This document shows positions 1 to 9,314 of a stretch of DNA of 64,000 nt, one piece after another. The first letter of the stretch is position 1; the number at the start of each line of letters is the position of its first letter. The translations under genes and the position numbers were made by a program. This DNA is from a bacterium (GTDB taxonomy: Bacteria; Zhuqueibacterota; Zhuqueibacteria; Residuimicrobiales; Krinioviventaceae): the NCBI GenBank assembly GCA_963693055.1, contig OY843751.1, positions 5,408,001-5,472,000 on the forward strand, read 5' to 3'. The notes under the pieces are model-generated. The model was not told the origin of the DNA. It saw nothing but the letters and a program-made list of their open reading frames with translations, and did no database searches.

Positions 1-45
1 TAAAAAATAAATAATAGATAGAGCAGTAACGAAAGAGGTCGGGAA

Positions 46-1089
46 ATGAATAAAGTTGAAAAGACATTAAAAATCACAATTACTGTTTTTCTTTTATTAC
101 TTTTCACTACCAGCGCATTTTCTCAAAGGGGCACAAAATATAGAAATCCCATGGGTACCATAACCCATATCGGTGATCCCTTTGTTTTAAAGCAGGGTGA
201 TTTGTATTACATGTACTGTACTTCTGTGCAAGCCCGTGGATTTAAAGTTTTTGTATCAACAAATTTGATGCAATGGATTGATGCCGGTTTGGCGTATGAC
301 ATACTATCGCAAAACAATCAATGGGCTGATGAGGCTTTCTGGGCTCCCGAAGTCGTTTTTTATAATAACAAATACTATATGACCTACAGTGCACGCGACA
401 AAAAAGACGACAAACTGAAACTGTGCCTTGCTGTCAGTCATGACCCGCTGGGCCCCTTTAACGATCTATACACACCTCTAATCCAAAACGAACAGAGCTG
501 TATTGACGGTCACTTTTACTTTGATGACGATGGCACCCCCTATCTTTACTACGCTTTGGATTGTTCAGACAATATAATCAATGGTAATCATGTCAGTCAG
601 ATCTGGGCACAAAAAATGTCAAAAGAGGATCTCAAACCCATTGGCAAGCCCACATTGTGTATCTCTCCTTCGCAAGAATGGGAACATCCGGATGCGGAAT
701 GGCAATGGAACGAAGGCCCCTTTGTATTAAAACATGATGGAGTTTATTACCTCATGTATTCAGCAAATTATTTTGCCAGCTCCGATTACTCCATTGGTTA
801 TGCTACATCCAGCTCCCCTACTGGTCCCTGGGAAAAATATGATCAAAATCCTGTGCTCAAATCCAATCTTGACATAGGCGCTTCAGGCCCCGGCCATAAC
901 AGTGTAACCGTCTCCCCCGATGGATCAGAAATGTTTATCATCTATCACACCCATACGGATCCTGCAAACCCATCCGGTAATCGAACACCAAACCTTGACC
1001 GGATGTATTTTGAAAATGGTGTACTGCATATAAACGGACCAACACGTACCTGGCAGAAATTCCCCTCGGGTGCTGTCATGAGTAAATAA
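46..1089 (+). CDS. Secreted glycoside hydrolase family 43 (beta-xylosidase/arabinanase-like)
   Basis: Signal peptide; GDPFV, FWAPEV, IDGH, NEGPF and GPGHNS five-bladed propeller motifs; GAGG RBS. Confidence 0.9.
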   Translation: MNKVEKTLKITITVFLLLLFTTSAFSQRGTKYRNPMGTITHIGDPFVLKQGDLYYMYCTSVQARGFKVFVSTNLMQWIDAGLAYDILSQNNQWADEAFWAPEVVFYNNKYYMTYSARDKKDDKLKLCLAVSHDPLGPFNDLYTPLIQNEQSCIDGHFYFDDDGTPYLYYALDCSDNIINGNHVSQIWAQKMSKEDLKPIGKPTLCISPSQEWEHPDAEWQWNEGPFVLKHDGVYYLMYSANYFASSDYSIGYATSSSPTGPWEKYDQNPVLKSNLDIGASGPGHNSVTVSPDGSEMFIIYHTHTDPANPSGNRTPNLDRMYFENGVLHINGPTRTWQKFPSGAVMSK

Positions 1090-1095
1090 AACGAT

Positions 1096-1125
1096 AAAAG
1101 CAGGGTAAATATACCCTGCTTTTTT
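1096..1125 (+). terminator. Intrinsic terminator
   Basis: AAAAGCAGGGTA-aata-TACCCTGCTTTTTT hairpin with T tract after the GH43 stop. Confidence 0.85.
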
Positions 1126-1218
1126 AATGTCAAATTTTATGAAATAACAAAACCCATTTCTCTGTTTTCTTTTTATTAAAAAAATGAATATAAAAAGTTA
1201 TAATGAAAAGGAAAAACA

Positions 1219-1419
1219 ATGAATTCAGAAACTGTAATCAAAATCAGAGAAAATCGCTCATACCTGGTAGAAGGTGAGGTCAAGCTTGTTCACCCGGACG
1301 GCAGTGAAGAAATTAGAAAAGGCCCCATCTACCTCTGCAGTTGCAACCGCTCAGCTACCAAACCCTTTTGCGATGGAACACACAAGAAACCACTTACCCC
1401 ACAGGTTGACGAACTATAG
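1219..1419 (+). CDS. CDGSH-type iron-sulfur domain protein
   Basis: LCSCNRSATKPFCDGTH motif; AAGGA RBS; 3' end overlaps the convergent gene by 26 bp. Confidence 0.85.
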   Translation: MNSETVIKIRENRSYLVEGEVKLVHPDGSEEIRKGPIYLCSCNRSATKPFCDGTHKKPLTPQVDEL

Positions 1420-2002
1420 TCTTCATTTTAACAGGATCTGCCTTGCGAGGATCACTGAGATAAATTTCATGATGTTTTCCTCTCCGTTCTAATCCCTGTT
1501 GATCAATAAAGTCATGTAATCGTTGAATGGTAGGAGCTTCTTCCGCATATGGCCCAATATGCATGATGTGCGCAGATTTTCCTTCATTATAGTCCTTGAA
1601 ATAAACCTGGTCTAAAGCAATAGGGTCTTTTTTCTTTCGCACCGCCTCCACAGCATCCGTAAATAAATCCGGGGTTACCTTTTCAGGCTGCATGATCATC
1701 AATGTCCATTTCCAAATATCTTTATTCTCGGGACTGAATTCTCTCATATCATCTGTCCACCACAAGCCTTCAAGTGGAGGTACAACATAATCATATTCTA
1801 AATTATTTTTCAGGTGAAATTTAATATAGTAAGACAAACTGTAGAGCGCTTCAATAGCATCCTGAAATATTTTGACTTTATTGGGATCCCCCTCAGCATC
1901 CACCATCAGGTAATTCATTGATGGAACATCTACTATAGTACAAACTTTGGCAGATGGAGCATAGAGCAAATTGAGTTCTTTTTTAAAATCTATCTTTTTC
2001 AT
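1394..2002 (-). CDS. GyrI-like small-molecule binding domain protein
   Basis: KIDFKKEL N-terminus, PLEGLWW, HIGPY and HHEIYLSDPR motifs. Confidence 0.85.
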   Translation of the reverse strand: MKKIDFKKELNLLYAPSAKVCTIVDVPSMNYLMVDAEGDPNKVKIFQDAIEALYSLSYYIKFHLKNNLEYDYVVPPLEGLWWTDDMREFSPENKDIWKWTLMIMQPEKVTPDLFTDAVEAVRKKKDPIALDQVYFKDYNEGKSAHIMHIGPYAEEAPTIQRLHDFIDQQGLERRGKHHEIYLSDPRKADPVKMKTIVRQPVG

Positions 2003-2030
2003 TTCACCAATGCCCTTTATTTAATCAACA

Positions 2031-2921
2031 TTAACAGCGAAACATGCACGCTCTGTCACTAAAGCCAATTTCAAAGGTTTCATGCTCTATATGATATCTT
2101 TTTACGATTTCTCGTGCACGTGCCTTGAGTGTTTCAATCTCAGTTCGTGGAATGGTATCCTCAATTCCAAGATGTGCGGATAAAATATGAAACTCGCCAT
2201 CAAGAGACCAAATATGCACATCGCTTACAGACCGAACACCCTCAATACCGGACAGTTCATCAATCAGACCATTTATATCTACATCAGAGGGTATGGCTTG
2301 TAAAAACACACCCACAATCTGTTTAAAATTTTTGAACACATTCCACAAAATAAAAGCAGCTATCCCCATAGACAAAAGCGGATCAAGAAACGTCCAGTCA
2401 AAGAAATAGATTAACAGGCTGCCAACCAATACGGCAATCCATCCCAAAACATCTTCCAGCAGATGCAGTTTTACCATGCGTTCATTAACAGAACTACCTT
2501 TGTGTAATCTTAAAATGGCAATGCCATTAAATAAAATACCCAGAATTGCCAATCCCAACATTCCGAGTGAATGCACAGGCTCAGGATCAAGCAAACGCGG
2601 TATGGCTTCACGAATAATAAAAACAGAACCCGCAAACAATACAAATGAATTTACCAAAGCTGAAATTAGAGAAAACCTGCGGTAACCATATGTATATTGT
2701 TCATCGGCTGATTTTTTGGAAAAATTTTGAAAATACCAGGATAACCCGATTGAAAGAGAATCCCCAAAATCATGTAATGCGTCAGAAAGAATAGCCATAG
2801 AATTGGTCAACAGGCCACCAACCAACTCTAAAAGAGAAAACAAAAAGTTCAAAAAAAACGCGATTTTTAAATTCTTGATATCGTCATTATGTGTATGTGA
2901 GTGATGATGTTGATGATCCAT
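2031..2921 (-). CDS. Cation diffusion facilitator (CzcD/ZitB-like)
   Basis: His-rich N-terminus, SDALHD, YTYGYRR, LHLLED, DVHIWSL. Confidence 0.9.
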   Translation of the reverse strand: MDHQHHHSHTHNDDIKNLKIAFFLNFLFSLLELVGGLLTNSMAILSDALHDFGDSLSIGLSWYFQNFSKKSADEQYTYGYRRFSLISALVNSFVLFAGSVFIIREAIPRLLDPEPVHSLGMLGLAILGILFNGIAILRLHKGSSVNERMVKLHLLEDVLGWIAVLVGSLLIYFFDWTFLDPLLSMGIAAFILWNVFKNFKQIVGVFLQAIPSDVDINGLIDELSGIEGVRSVSDVHIWSLDGEFHILSAHLGIEDTIPRTEIETLKARAREIVKRYHIEHETFEIGFSDRACMFRC

Positions 2922-2925
2922 ATGA

Positions 2926-5079
2926 TTACAATCCCATTAACATGCCTGCATTATAGATTACAAATGAAACAATCCATGCAATTGCCGTCTGAAATACTAT
3001 GGAAAATGTCATCCATTTTGCACCAATTTCCCGCTTAATCGCTACTACACTGGCAATGCATGCAGTATATAACAAGATAAACACCAGGAATGTGTATGCT
3101 GCAAGTGGAGTAATTTCGCTGTTTTTCAATTTTTCAGAAAGGCTGGTTGTTGGCTCATCACTGGGCTCCACCTGGTACAACACACCCAAAGTAGAAACAA
3201 CCACTTCTTTTGCGGCAAAACCGGTAAACAAAGCAACACTCATCTGCCAGTTGAAACCCAGCGGTTTAAAGACCGGCTCCACACCTTGACCAATGCGCCC
3301 GATGAACGAGTATTCCAACTCGGCAGCTCTTTTTTCTTTGATTAACGAGTCCAGTTTTTGTACATCAAGCGGTGTTTGTTGTTTTAATGTCTCAATTTTT
3401 TGATCATATTGGGCGGTCAATTTTTCGCTCTTGGGAAAATAGCCCAATGCCCATAAAATTACAGATGCTATCAGTATAACACCACTCATTTTTTTGAGAT
3501 ACAGTTTACTTTTTTCCCACATATGTATGACTACGGATTTTAAAGTAGGCCAGCGATACGGAGGCAATTCCATTACAAAAGGTATGCTCTCTGTCTTAAC
3601 CATAGTCCGTTGTAATATTCGCGCAACTATGATAGCAAAGACAATACCCAATATATACATGGAAAAGACCACATGCCCGGCCCTTTTCTCAAAAAAAGTA
3701 CCGGCAATAAGAATATACACTGGCAGCTTGGCACTGCAAGACACCATGGGTAAAAGCAGCGTAGTCAAGATCCTGTCTCGGGGAGATTCAAGTGTGCGGG
3801 TAGCCATAATAGCGGGTACGGTACATCCAAACCCCATCAGCATAGGAATAAAGGATTTTCCATGAAGTCCTAAAAAATGCATGGGCTTATCAGTCAAAAA
3901 TGCCGCGCGTGCCATATAGCCGGAATCTTCAAGCAAAGAAATTCCCAGGAACAAAATTACAATATTGGGTAAAAATACAATAACTGAACCCACACCGCCA
4001 ACAATACCTTCAACCACCAGATCCACAACAGGGCCATGAGGCAAAATACTTGTTAATAATAGCTGTAATTGAGAGATCCCGGTCTCGAACCACATCTGGG
4101 GATATTCACCCAAAGTAAAAGTAGCATAAAAGATCAACCACATAAATATTAAAAATAAAGGATACCCCAAAAGCGGATGGGTAAGAAAGTTGTCGATCTG
4201 GGTAGACAACCACATGCGGTTAAAACTCTTTTTCTTTGCTACCTCCCGAACCACTCCGGCAACAAATCCCATTCGTCCTTCCTCAATGGCAAACTCGGGA
4301 TCTGATGATGTGGTAACCTTGATATGTTGAACAGCTTTATCAATTTTATCTTCAAGTGATTTATATTGTTTTAACGTGTCTTGATAAAGGGCCCCAATTT
4401 GTTCATCACGCTCTATAAATTTAACAGCAAGCCAGCGCGAGTTTGCCCCATCCAGATCCAAACCACTTTTTTCTATTTCATCACTGATATCCCGAATCAT
4501 ATCATCAAGCAATGGACCATAAGAGACAGGTGGGTGATGGTGAGTGGCCTGACGGTTTTCATGTAATTCTATCACCGCGTCAAGCAGCTTATTTATTCCT
4601 TTACCGCGGCTGGCAACAGAAGTAACAATCGGGGTTCCCAGCAATACCGATAGTGTGTCCGTATCAATGGCATCACCCGACTTTTCAAGCTCATCCCACA
4701 TATTTAGATCAATGATTACATCCAAACCCATTGCAATCAATTGTGTTGTCAGATACAAACTTCTTTCCAGACATCCACTGTCAATAACATTGATAACAAT
4801 ATCAGGGGATTCATTCAATAAAAAGTCACGGGCAACTTTTTCATCAAGTGATTGAGCGGTAAGGCTGTATGTGCCGGGAAGATCAACAATGTTCAAGTCA
4901 TAACCGTTAAAAACTTTACGGCCTTCTCGTTTTTCTACAGTAACACCTGCAAAGTTGCCTACCTTTTGTCTGGCTCCGGTTAAACCATTAAAGATAGAAG
5001 TCTTGCCGGAATTGGGATTCCCGGCCAAAGCAATTGTAATCGATTTATCTTTCAAGGGGGTCACCATTAATGAGTTCAA
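2926..5079 (-). CDS. feoB: Ferrous iron transport protein B
   Basis: GNPNSGKT, VGNFAGVTVE, DLPGTYSL GTPase motifs; gate domains (GFGCTVP, MELPPY, YTACI). Start could be ATG at 5067. Confidence 0.95.
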   Translation of the reverse strand: MNSLMVTPLKDKSITIALAGNPNSGKTSIFNGLTGARQKVGNFAGVTVEKREGRKVFNGYDLNIVDLPGTYSLTAQSLDEKVARDFLLNESPDIVINVIDSGCLERSLYLTTQLIAMGLDVIIDLNMWDELEKSGDAIDTDTLSVLLGTPIVTSVASRGKGINKLLDAVIELHENRQATHHHPPVSYGPLLDDMIRDISDEIEKSGLDLDGANSRWLAVKFIERDEQIGALYQDTLKQYKSLEDKIDKAVQHIKVTTSSDPEFAIEEGRMGFVAGVVREVAKKKSFNRMWLSTQIDNFLTHPLLGYPLFLIFMWLIFYATFTLGEYPQMWFETGISQLQLLLTSILPHGPVVDLVVEGIVGGVGSVIVFLPNIVILFLGISLLEDSGYMARAAFLTDKPMHFLGLHGKSFIPMLMGFGCTVPAIMATRTLESPRDRILTTLLLPMVSCSAKLPVYILIAGTFFEKRAGHVVFSMYILGIVFAIIVARILQRTMVKTESIPFVMELPPYRWPTLKSVVIHMWEKSKLYLKKMSGVILIASVILWALGYFPKSEKLTAQYDQKIETLKQQTPLDVQKLDSLIKEKRAAELEYSFIGRIGQGVEPVFKPLGFNWQMSVALFTGFAAKEVVVSTLGVLYQVEPSDEPTTSLSEKLKNSEITPLAAYTFLVFILLYTACIASVVAIKREIGAKWMTFSIVFQTAIAWIVSFVIYNAGMLMGL

Positions 5080-5290
5080 CTTTAATCAATGCGGCTTCAC
5101 TTCGTCGAATACTGAGATGCCCTCCCTGCAATGACACTTCAAGAGGATCTTTTAGGGGCGCAGATTTAATCATGGTAACGCTTTGACCTGCTGCAAATCC
5201 CAGCAGCATCAAACGCCTTTTCACATTATCCTTTGCCCTAATTTCTTTAATAATAGCACGTTGTCCAGATATTAACTGTTCTAAATTCAT
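5045..5290 (-). CDS. feoA: Ferrous iron transport protein A
   Basis: RRLMLLG, APLKDPLE, LSIRRSEA; directly upstream of feoB. Confidence 0.9.
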   Translation of the reverse strand: MNLEQLISGQRAIIKEIRAKDNVKRRLMLLGFAAGQSVTMIKSAPLKDPLEVSLQGGHLSIRRSEAALIKVELINGDPLER

Positions 5291-5488
5291 AATAATTCAT
5301 TCGTTATTGAAAAAGGGAGTAAATTAACATTTTTTTTGTTAAAAACAAAGTATTTTTTATGTTTGAGCTTTTGTTTTAGTTTATATTTTTTGTAAATTAC
5401 TAAACTATTCATCTCATAAAGATAAAGGCAAGAGAACCCTTGAGCTTTGTGGGCTACTATTACAAACATTTATGAATTGAGAAAACTT

Positions 5489-6007
5489 ATGATTTTATCG
5501 GGGCTTGAAATAAAAAAACATATAAATAAAGAAATCATCATTGATCCTTATTATCCTGAACGGATCAATCCCAACAGCTATAACCTCAGTCTGCATGACG
5601 AGCTCTTGGTTTATGATACGAACGAACTGGACATGAAAAAAATCAACAAGGCAAAACGTATCAATATCCCGGATGAAGGATTTGTTCTGCAACCCAATAT
5701 TCTTTATCTTGGCAGAACCGTTGAATATACGGCCACCGAAAAATTTGTACCCATGCTTGAGGGCAGATCTTCTGTAGGAAGGCTCGGTATGTTTGTGCAC
5801 GTAACTGCTGGCTTTGGAGATGTAGGTTTTAAAGGATACTGGACCCTGGAAATAATCTGTGTTCAGCCCATTAGGATTTATGCCGGAGTTGAAATTTGCC
5901 AAATCTATTATCATACTCTGGAAGGCGATTACCAAACATACACCAGCAATAAATACCAGAATAATAAAGAAGTACAGCCCAGTATGCTTTATAAAGATTT
6001 TGAATAA
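5489..6007 (+). CDS. dcd: dCTP deaminase
   Basis: MILSG start, NPNSYNL, EGRSSVGRLG, TAGFGDVGF, TLEI; start trimmed to ATG 5489. Confidence 0.9.
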   Translation: MILSGLEIKKHINKEIIIDPYYPERINPNSYNLSLHDELLVYDTNELDMKKINKAKRINIPDEGFVLQPNILYLGRTVEYTATEKFVPMLEGRSSVGRLGMFVHVTAGFGDVGFKGYWTLEIICVQPIRIYAGVEICQIYYHTLEGDYQTYTSNKYQNNKEVQPSMLYKDFE

Positions 6008-6011
6008 AAGA

Positions 6012-6683
6012 TCAGGAACCGGAATTCAATTCTTCCTGAAAGTGGGCAACTTCGGTTTGAGTATAATGGGATTTTTCAACAAGATCGGGGTTTATAATCT
6101 TTTCAGAAGGGTGAAAATATTGCAAAATGTAGGGTGAATCTTTTAAATATGCTTTAATTGTTTTTGCATCGTCAAATTCTATCAGATCCTTTACCAGCGT
6201 TGTTCTGAACATGTGCTCAACACCTGCCCCTTTGATGATCTCAATAGACTGTTTTACAAGATCTGTGTTTACATCTGTTCCCGCGGCTTCTGAATATTTT
6301 TCAAATGTTGATTTAATATCCATTGCAACAAAATCCAGCAACTTTTTATCTAAAAGCTCTTTAATCACATTGGGGTACGAACCGTTTGTATCCAGCTTAA
6401 CCAGAAAACCCAATGCCTTGACATTTTCTATAAACGAACCCAAATCTGCCTGCATAGCCGGCTCTCCTCCCGTAATCACCACACCATCAAGATGTTTGGT
6501 ACGTTTATTTAGAAACGAAAAAATTTCATCTTCGGGAATGAGAGGACTAAACCGGTCTGGTAAAACCAGTTCAGAATTGTGACAAAAGGGGCATCTAAAA
6601 TTACAACCCCGGGTAAACACAACGGCTGATAATTTACCCGGGTAATCTATTAAAGAAATCCGTTGAAAACCTCCGATTTTCAT
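6012..6683 (-). CDS. nrdG: Anaerobic ribonucleotide reductase activating protein (radical SAM)
   Basis: SLIDYPGK, GCNFRCPFCHN, ITGGEP, LDTNGS; ATGA-coupled to nrdD. Confidence 0.92.
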   Translation of the reverse strand: MKIGGFQRISLIDYPGKLSAVVFTRGCNFRCPFCHNSELVLPDRFSPLIPEDEIFSFLNKRTKHLDGVVITGGEPAMQADLGSFIENVKALGFLVKLDTNGSYPNVIKELLDKKLLDFVAMDIKSTFEKYSEAAGTDVNTDLVKQSIEIIKGAGVEHMFRTTLVKDLIEFDDAKTIKAYLKDSPYILQYFHPSEKIINPDLVEKSHYTQTEVAHFQEELNSGS

Positions 6684-8785
6684 ACAGTAAAGGTCTTTCG
6701 CATTTCAAATTCCTCCTGTTTTCCTTTATTCCATTGATTAACAGGACGCAAGTATCCAACTACACGTGAGTAAATTTCAGTCTTGTTAGAACACTTGGGA
6801 CAAAATTCTTTTTCACCTTCCAAATATCCACAAGTAGGACAAACACTGAATGTAGGTGTAATAGAAAAATACGGAAGTTTATAGGTATCGCAAACCCTGC
6901 GAATGAGGGTTTTCAGAGATTGCATATCTTTGATCCGCTCACCAAGGAACAAATGAATTACAGTTCCACCTGTGTACAGAGATTGCATATCATCCTGTAT
7001 GTCTAAAAGATCAAAAAGATCATCCGTATAATTCACAGGCAAGTGTGACGAATTGGTATAAAATGGTGCAGAGCACGCTCCATTTTCAAGATCAATCGCA
7101 CTCAAAATATTTGGATATTTTTCTTTATCTATGGTCGCCAGTCGGTATGTGGTACTTTCGGCAGGAGTTGCTTCGAGGTTATAGTTATTACCTGTTTCTT
7201 CCTGATATTCTACGAGTTTTTCACGCATGAAATTAAGTACTTTAACACCAAAATCCTGTCCCATAGAAGAACCAATATTTTCACCAAACAGGTTTATACA
7301 AGCTTCATTAAGGCCCAAAATACCTATAGTTGCAAAATGGTTTTTCCAAAACTGGTTAAAACGTTTTTTTACATTGCGCAGATAATATTTGGTATAGGGA
7401 TACAAATTATCATCGGTAAAACGTTCAAGAATTTTACGTTTGGTTTCAAGGCTGTCTCGAGCCATATCCATCAAATTGGTTAAACGATCAAAAAATTCTT
7501 CTTCTGAACTGGCAAGGTAACCGATTCTGGGAAGATTAATGGTAACAACACCTACAGAACCTGTTAATGGAGAAGACCCAAACAGACCACCACCGCGTTT
7601 GATCAGTTCACGATTATCAATTCTCAAACGACAGCACATACTGCGCGCATCTTCAGGGTGCATGTCAGAATTTACAAAATTTGCAAAATATGGAATACCA
7701 TACTTGCCTGTAATTTCCCACAACAATTCCAGATTAGGATTGTCCCAGTCAAAATCACTGGTAATATTATAGGTAGGAATGGGGAATGTAAACACACGGC
7801 CTTTGGCATCACCTTCCAGCATGACTTCAAGAAATGCTTTGTTAAACATATCCAGCTCGGTCTTGAATTCACTATAGGTTTTGTCTTGTACTTCACCACC
7901 AATCACAACACCCTGGTCAGCGTAATAAGAAGGGATTGTAAGGTCCAGAGTTACATTGGTAAAAGGAGTTTGAAAGCCAACCCGTGTAGGCACATTGACG
8001 TTAAACAGAAATTCCTGTAATGCCTGTTTAACTTCTCTGTAATTCAGGTTGTCATATTTAATAAAAGGGGCAAGCAGTGTATCAAAATTTGAAAAAGCTT
8101 GAGCACCTGCAGCTTCACCCTGCAAAGTATAGAAAAAGTTTACAATCTGTCCCAATGCGCTGCGGAAATGCCTGGCCGGTTTGGATTCTACCTTACCTGC
8201 CGCCCCTTTAAAGCCATTAATTAAAAGGTCATACAAATCCCAACCCACACAATAAACACTAATCACTCCCAAATCATGAATATGAAAATCACCATTCAGA
8301 TGTGCTTCTTTGATATAGTTGGGGAAAATATTATTTAACCAGTAAACCTTGCTGATTTCTGAAGAGATATAGTTATTGAGCCCTTGCAAAGAAAAACTCA
8401 TATTGCTGTTTTCGTTTACTTTCCAGTCGGCACGGGTTAAATACTGGTTTACCAAATCTACATTAAACTTGGAATTTATTTCACGAATTCTGGCATGTTG
8501 ATCACGATAAATAATATACGCCTTGGCGGATTTTTTATAAGGTGATGCTAATAATACCTCTTCAACAATATCCTGTATCTGCTCAACAGTTACAATAGTA
8601 TCGTCTAAAATTTGTTGGGCCAAAGACAGAACCTTAATCATTAAAAGTTTGGATGTTTCTTCACCAAATTCGCCCGTAGCCAATCCAGCTTTTGTAATAG
8701 CTCCGGTAATTTTCTGCGAGTCGAAATCGGTAACAACGCCGTTCCTTTTAACGACTTTGCGAAAAGTTTTAAACGCAACACTCAT
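6680..8785 (-). CDS. nrdD: Class III anaerobic ribonucleoside-triphosphate reductase with ATP cone
   Basis: N-terminal ATP cone (VVKRNG), SMCCRL, LEATPAE, two CxxC Zn motifs, YSRVVGYL glycyl-radical motif. Confidence 0.95.
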   Translation of the reverse strand: MSVAFKTFRKVVKRNGVVTDFDSQKITGAITKAGLATGEFGEETSKLLMIKVLSLAQQILDDTIVTVEQIQDIVEEVLLASPYKKSAKAYIIYRDQHARIREINSKFNVDLVNQYLTRADWKVNENSNMSFSLQGLNNYISSEISKVYWLNNIFPNYIKEAHLNGDFHIHDLGVISVYCVGWDLYDLLINGFKGAAGKVESKPARHFRSALGQIVNFFYTLQGEAAGAQAFSNFDTLLAPFIKYDNLNYREVKQALQEFLFNVNVPTRVGFQTPFTNVTLDLTIPSYYADQGVVIGGEVQDKTYSEFKTELDMFNKAFLEVMLEGDAKGRVFTFPIPTYNITSDFDWDNPNLELLWEITGKYGIPYFANFVNSDMHPEDARSMCCRLRIDNRELIKRGGGLFGSSPLTGSVGVVTINLPRIGYLASSEEEFFDRLTNLMDMARDSLETKRKILERFTDDNLYPYTKYYLRNVKKRFNQFWKNHFATIGILGLNEACINLFGENIGSSMGQDFGVKVLNFMREKLVEYQEETGNNYNLEATPAESTTYRLATIDKEKYPNILSAIDLENGACSAPFYTNSSHLPVNYTDDLFDLLDIQDDMQSLYTGGTVIHLFLGERIKDMQSLKTLIRRVCDTYKLPYFSITPTFSVCPTCGYLEGEKEFCPKCSNKTEIYSRVVGYLRPVNQWNKGKQEEFEMRKTFTV

Positions 8786-8893
8786 ATAATGTCCTCCTGA
8801 TATTTCCCTCTCCCAGATAAACGAGATTTCACGCTATCCAGATAATTCTCACATGTAATTAATTGAAATCCTCACCACCCACGGTATTTTTTT

Positions 8894-9004
8894 ATCAGCA
8901 GTTAAATCACTTCCGCTCCCAACTAGCAGGGAATCTACCCAAGCTCTGGAATCAAAAATAGAAAAGATCGTTTTGATTATTCGGTTGCAGGGAAATTTGC
9001 TGAC
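8894..9004 (-). ncRNA. Candidate structured cis-regulatory RNA in the nrdD leader
   Basis: Closing stem TCAGCA/TGCTGA enclosing TTCC/GGAA, AATCAAAA/TTTTGATT and TCCC/GGGA stems within a ~265-nt predicted 5'UTR; no family recognised. Confidence 0.35.
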
Positions 9005-9021
9005 GGCCTATAGCCAATATA

Positions 9022-9069
9022 ACACAAAATGTAGTATGTGTTTCTCCTACACAATACAATATATATGAT
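9022..9069. promoter_or_regulatory. Tandem NrdR boxes
   Basis: ACACAAAATGTAGTAT (9022-9037) and ATACAATATATATGAT (9054-9069) resemble acaCwAtATaTwGtgt, 32 bp apart, upstream of nrdD. Confidence 0.8.
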
Positions 9070-9086
9070 TTGTTTTTTTGAGTCAA
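9058..9086 (-). promoter_or_regulatory. sigma70-type promoter of nrdDG
   Basis: TTGACT-N17-TATATT on the minus strand; the -10 lies inside the distal NrdR box. Confidence 0.7.
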
Positions 9087-9314
9087 GTTAATTATTTAAA
9101 AAGAGAAAAAAATTGTGCAAAACAAACACACCTGTCGTAATAACTTTTGAATTAAAAAATTATTCAACTATTAGAATCATAAAACTTGCATTTTTGCAAA
9201 TTATATAGTTTATTAAGTTTAACTATTAATTACATTTCTCAGCACCACAAAAAGGTTATCCTGTTTAAAATTAACCATAGCTACAAACATTTCAACTGCA
9301 ATCCGGGAGCATAA

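Noticed and set aside
5290-5488. Fur or DtxR box upstream of feoA
   Set aside because: Very AT-rich, but no convincing 19-bp dyad found by eye
8880-9010. Cobalamin riboswitch before nrdD
   Set aside because: Only CCCTGCAAC resembles the consensus; the AGGGAA elements are on the antisense strand and no B12-box is seen
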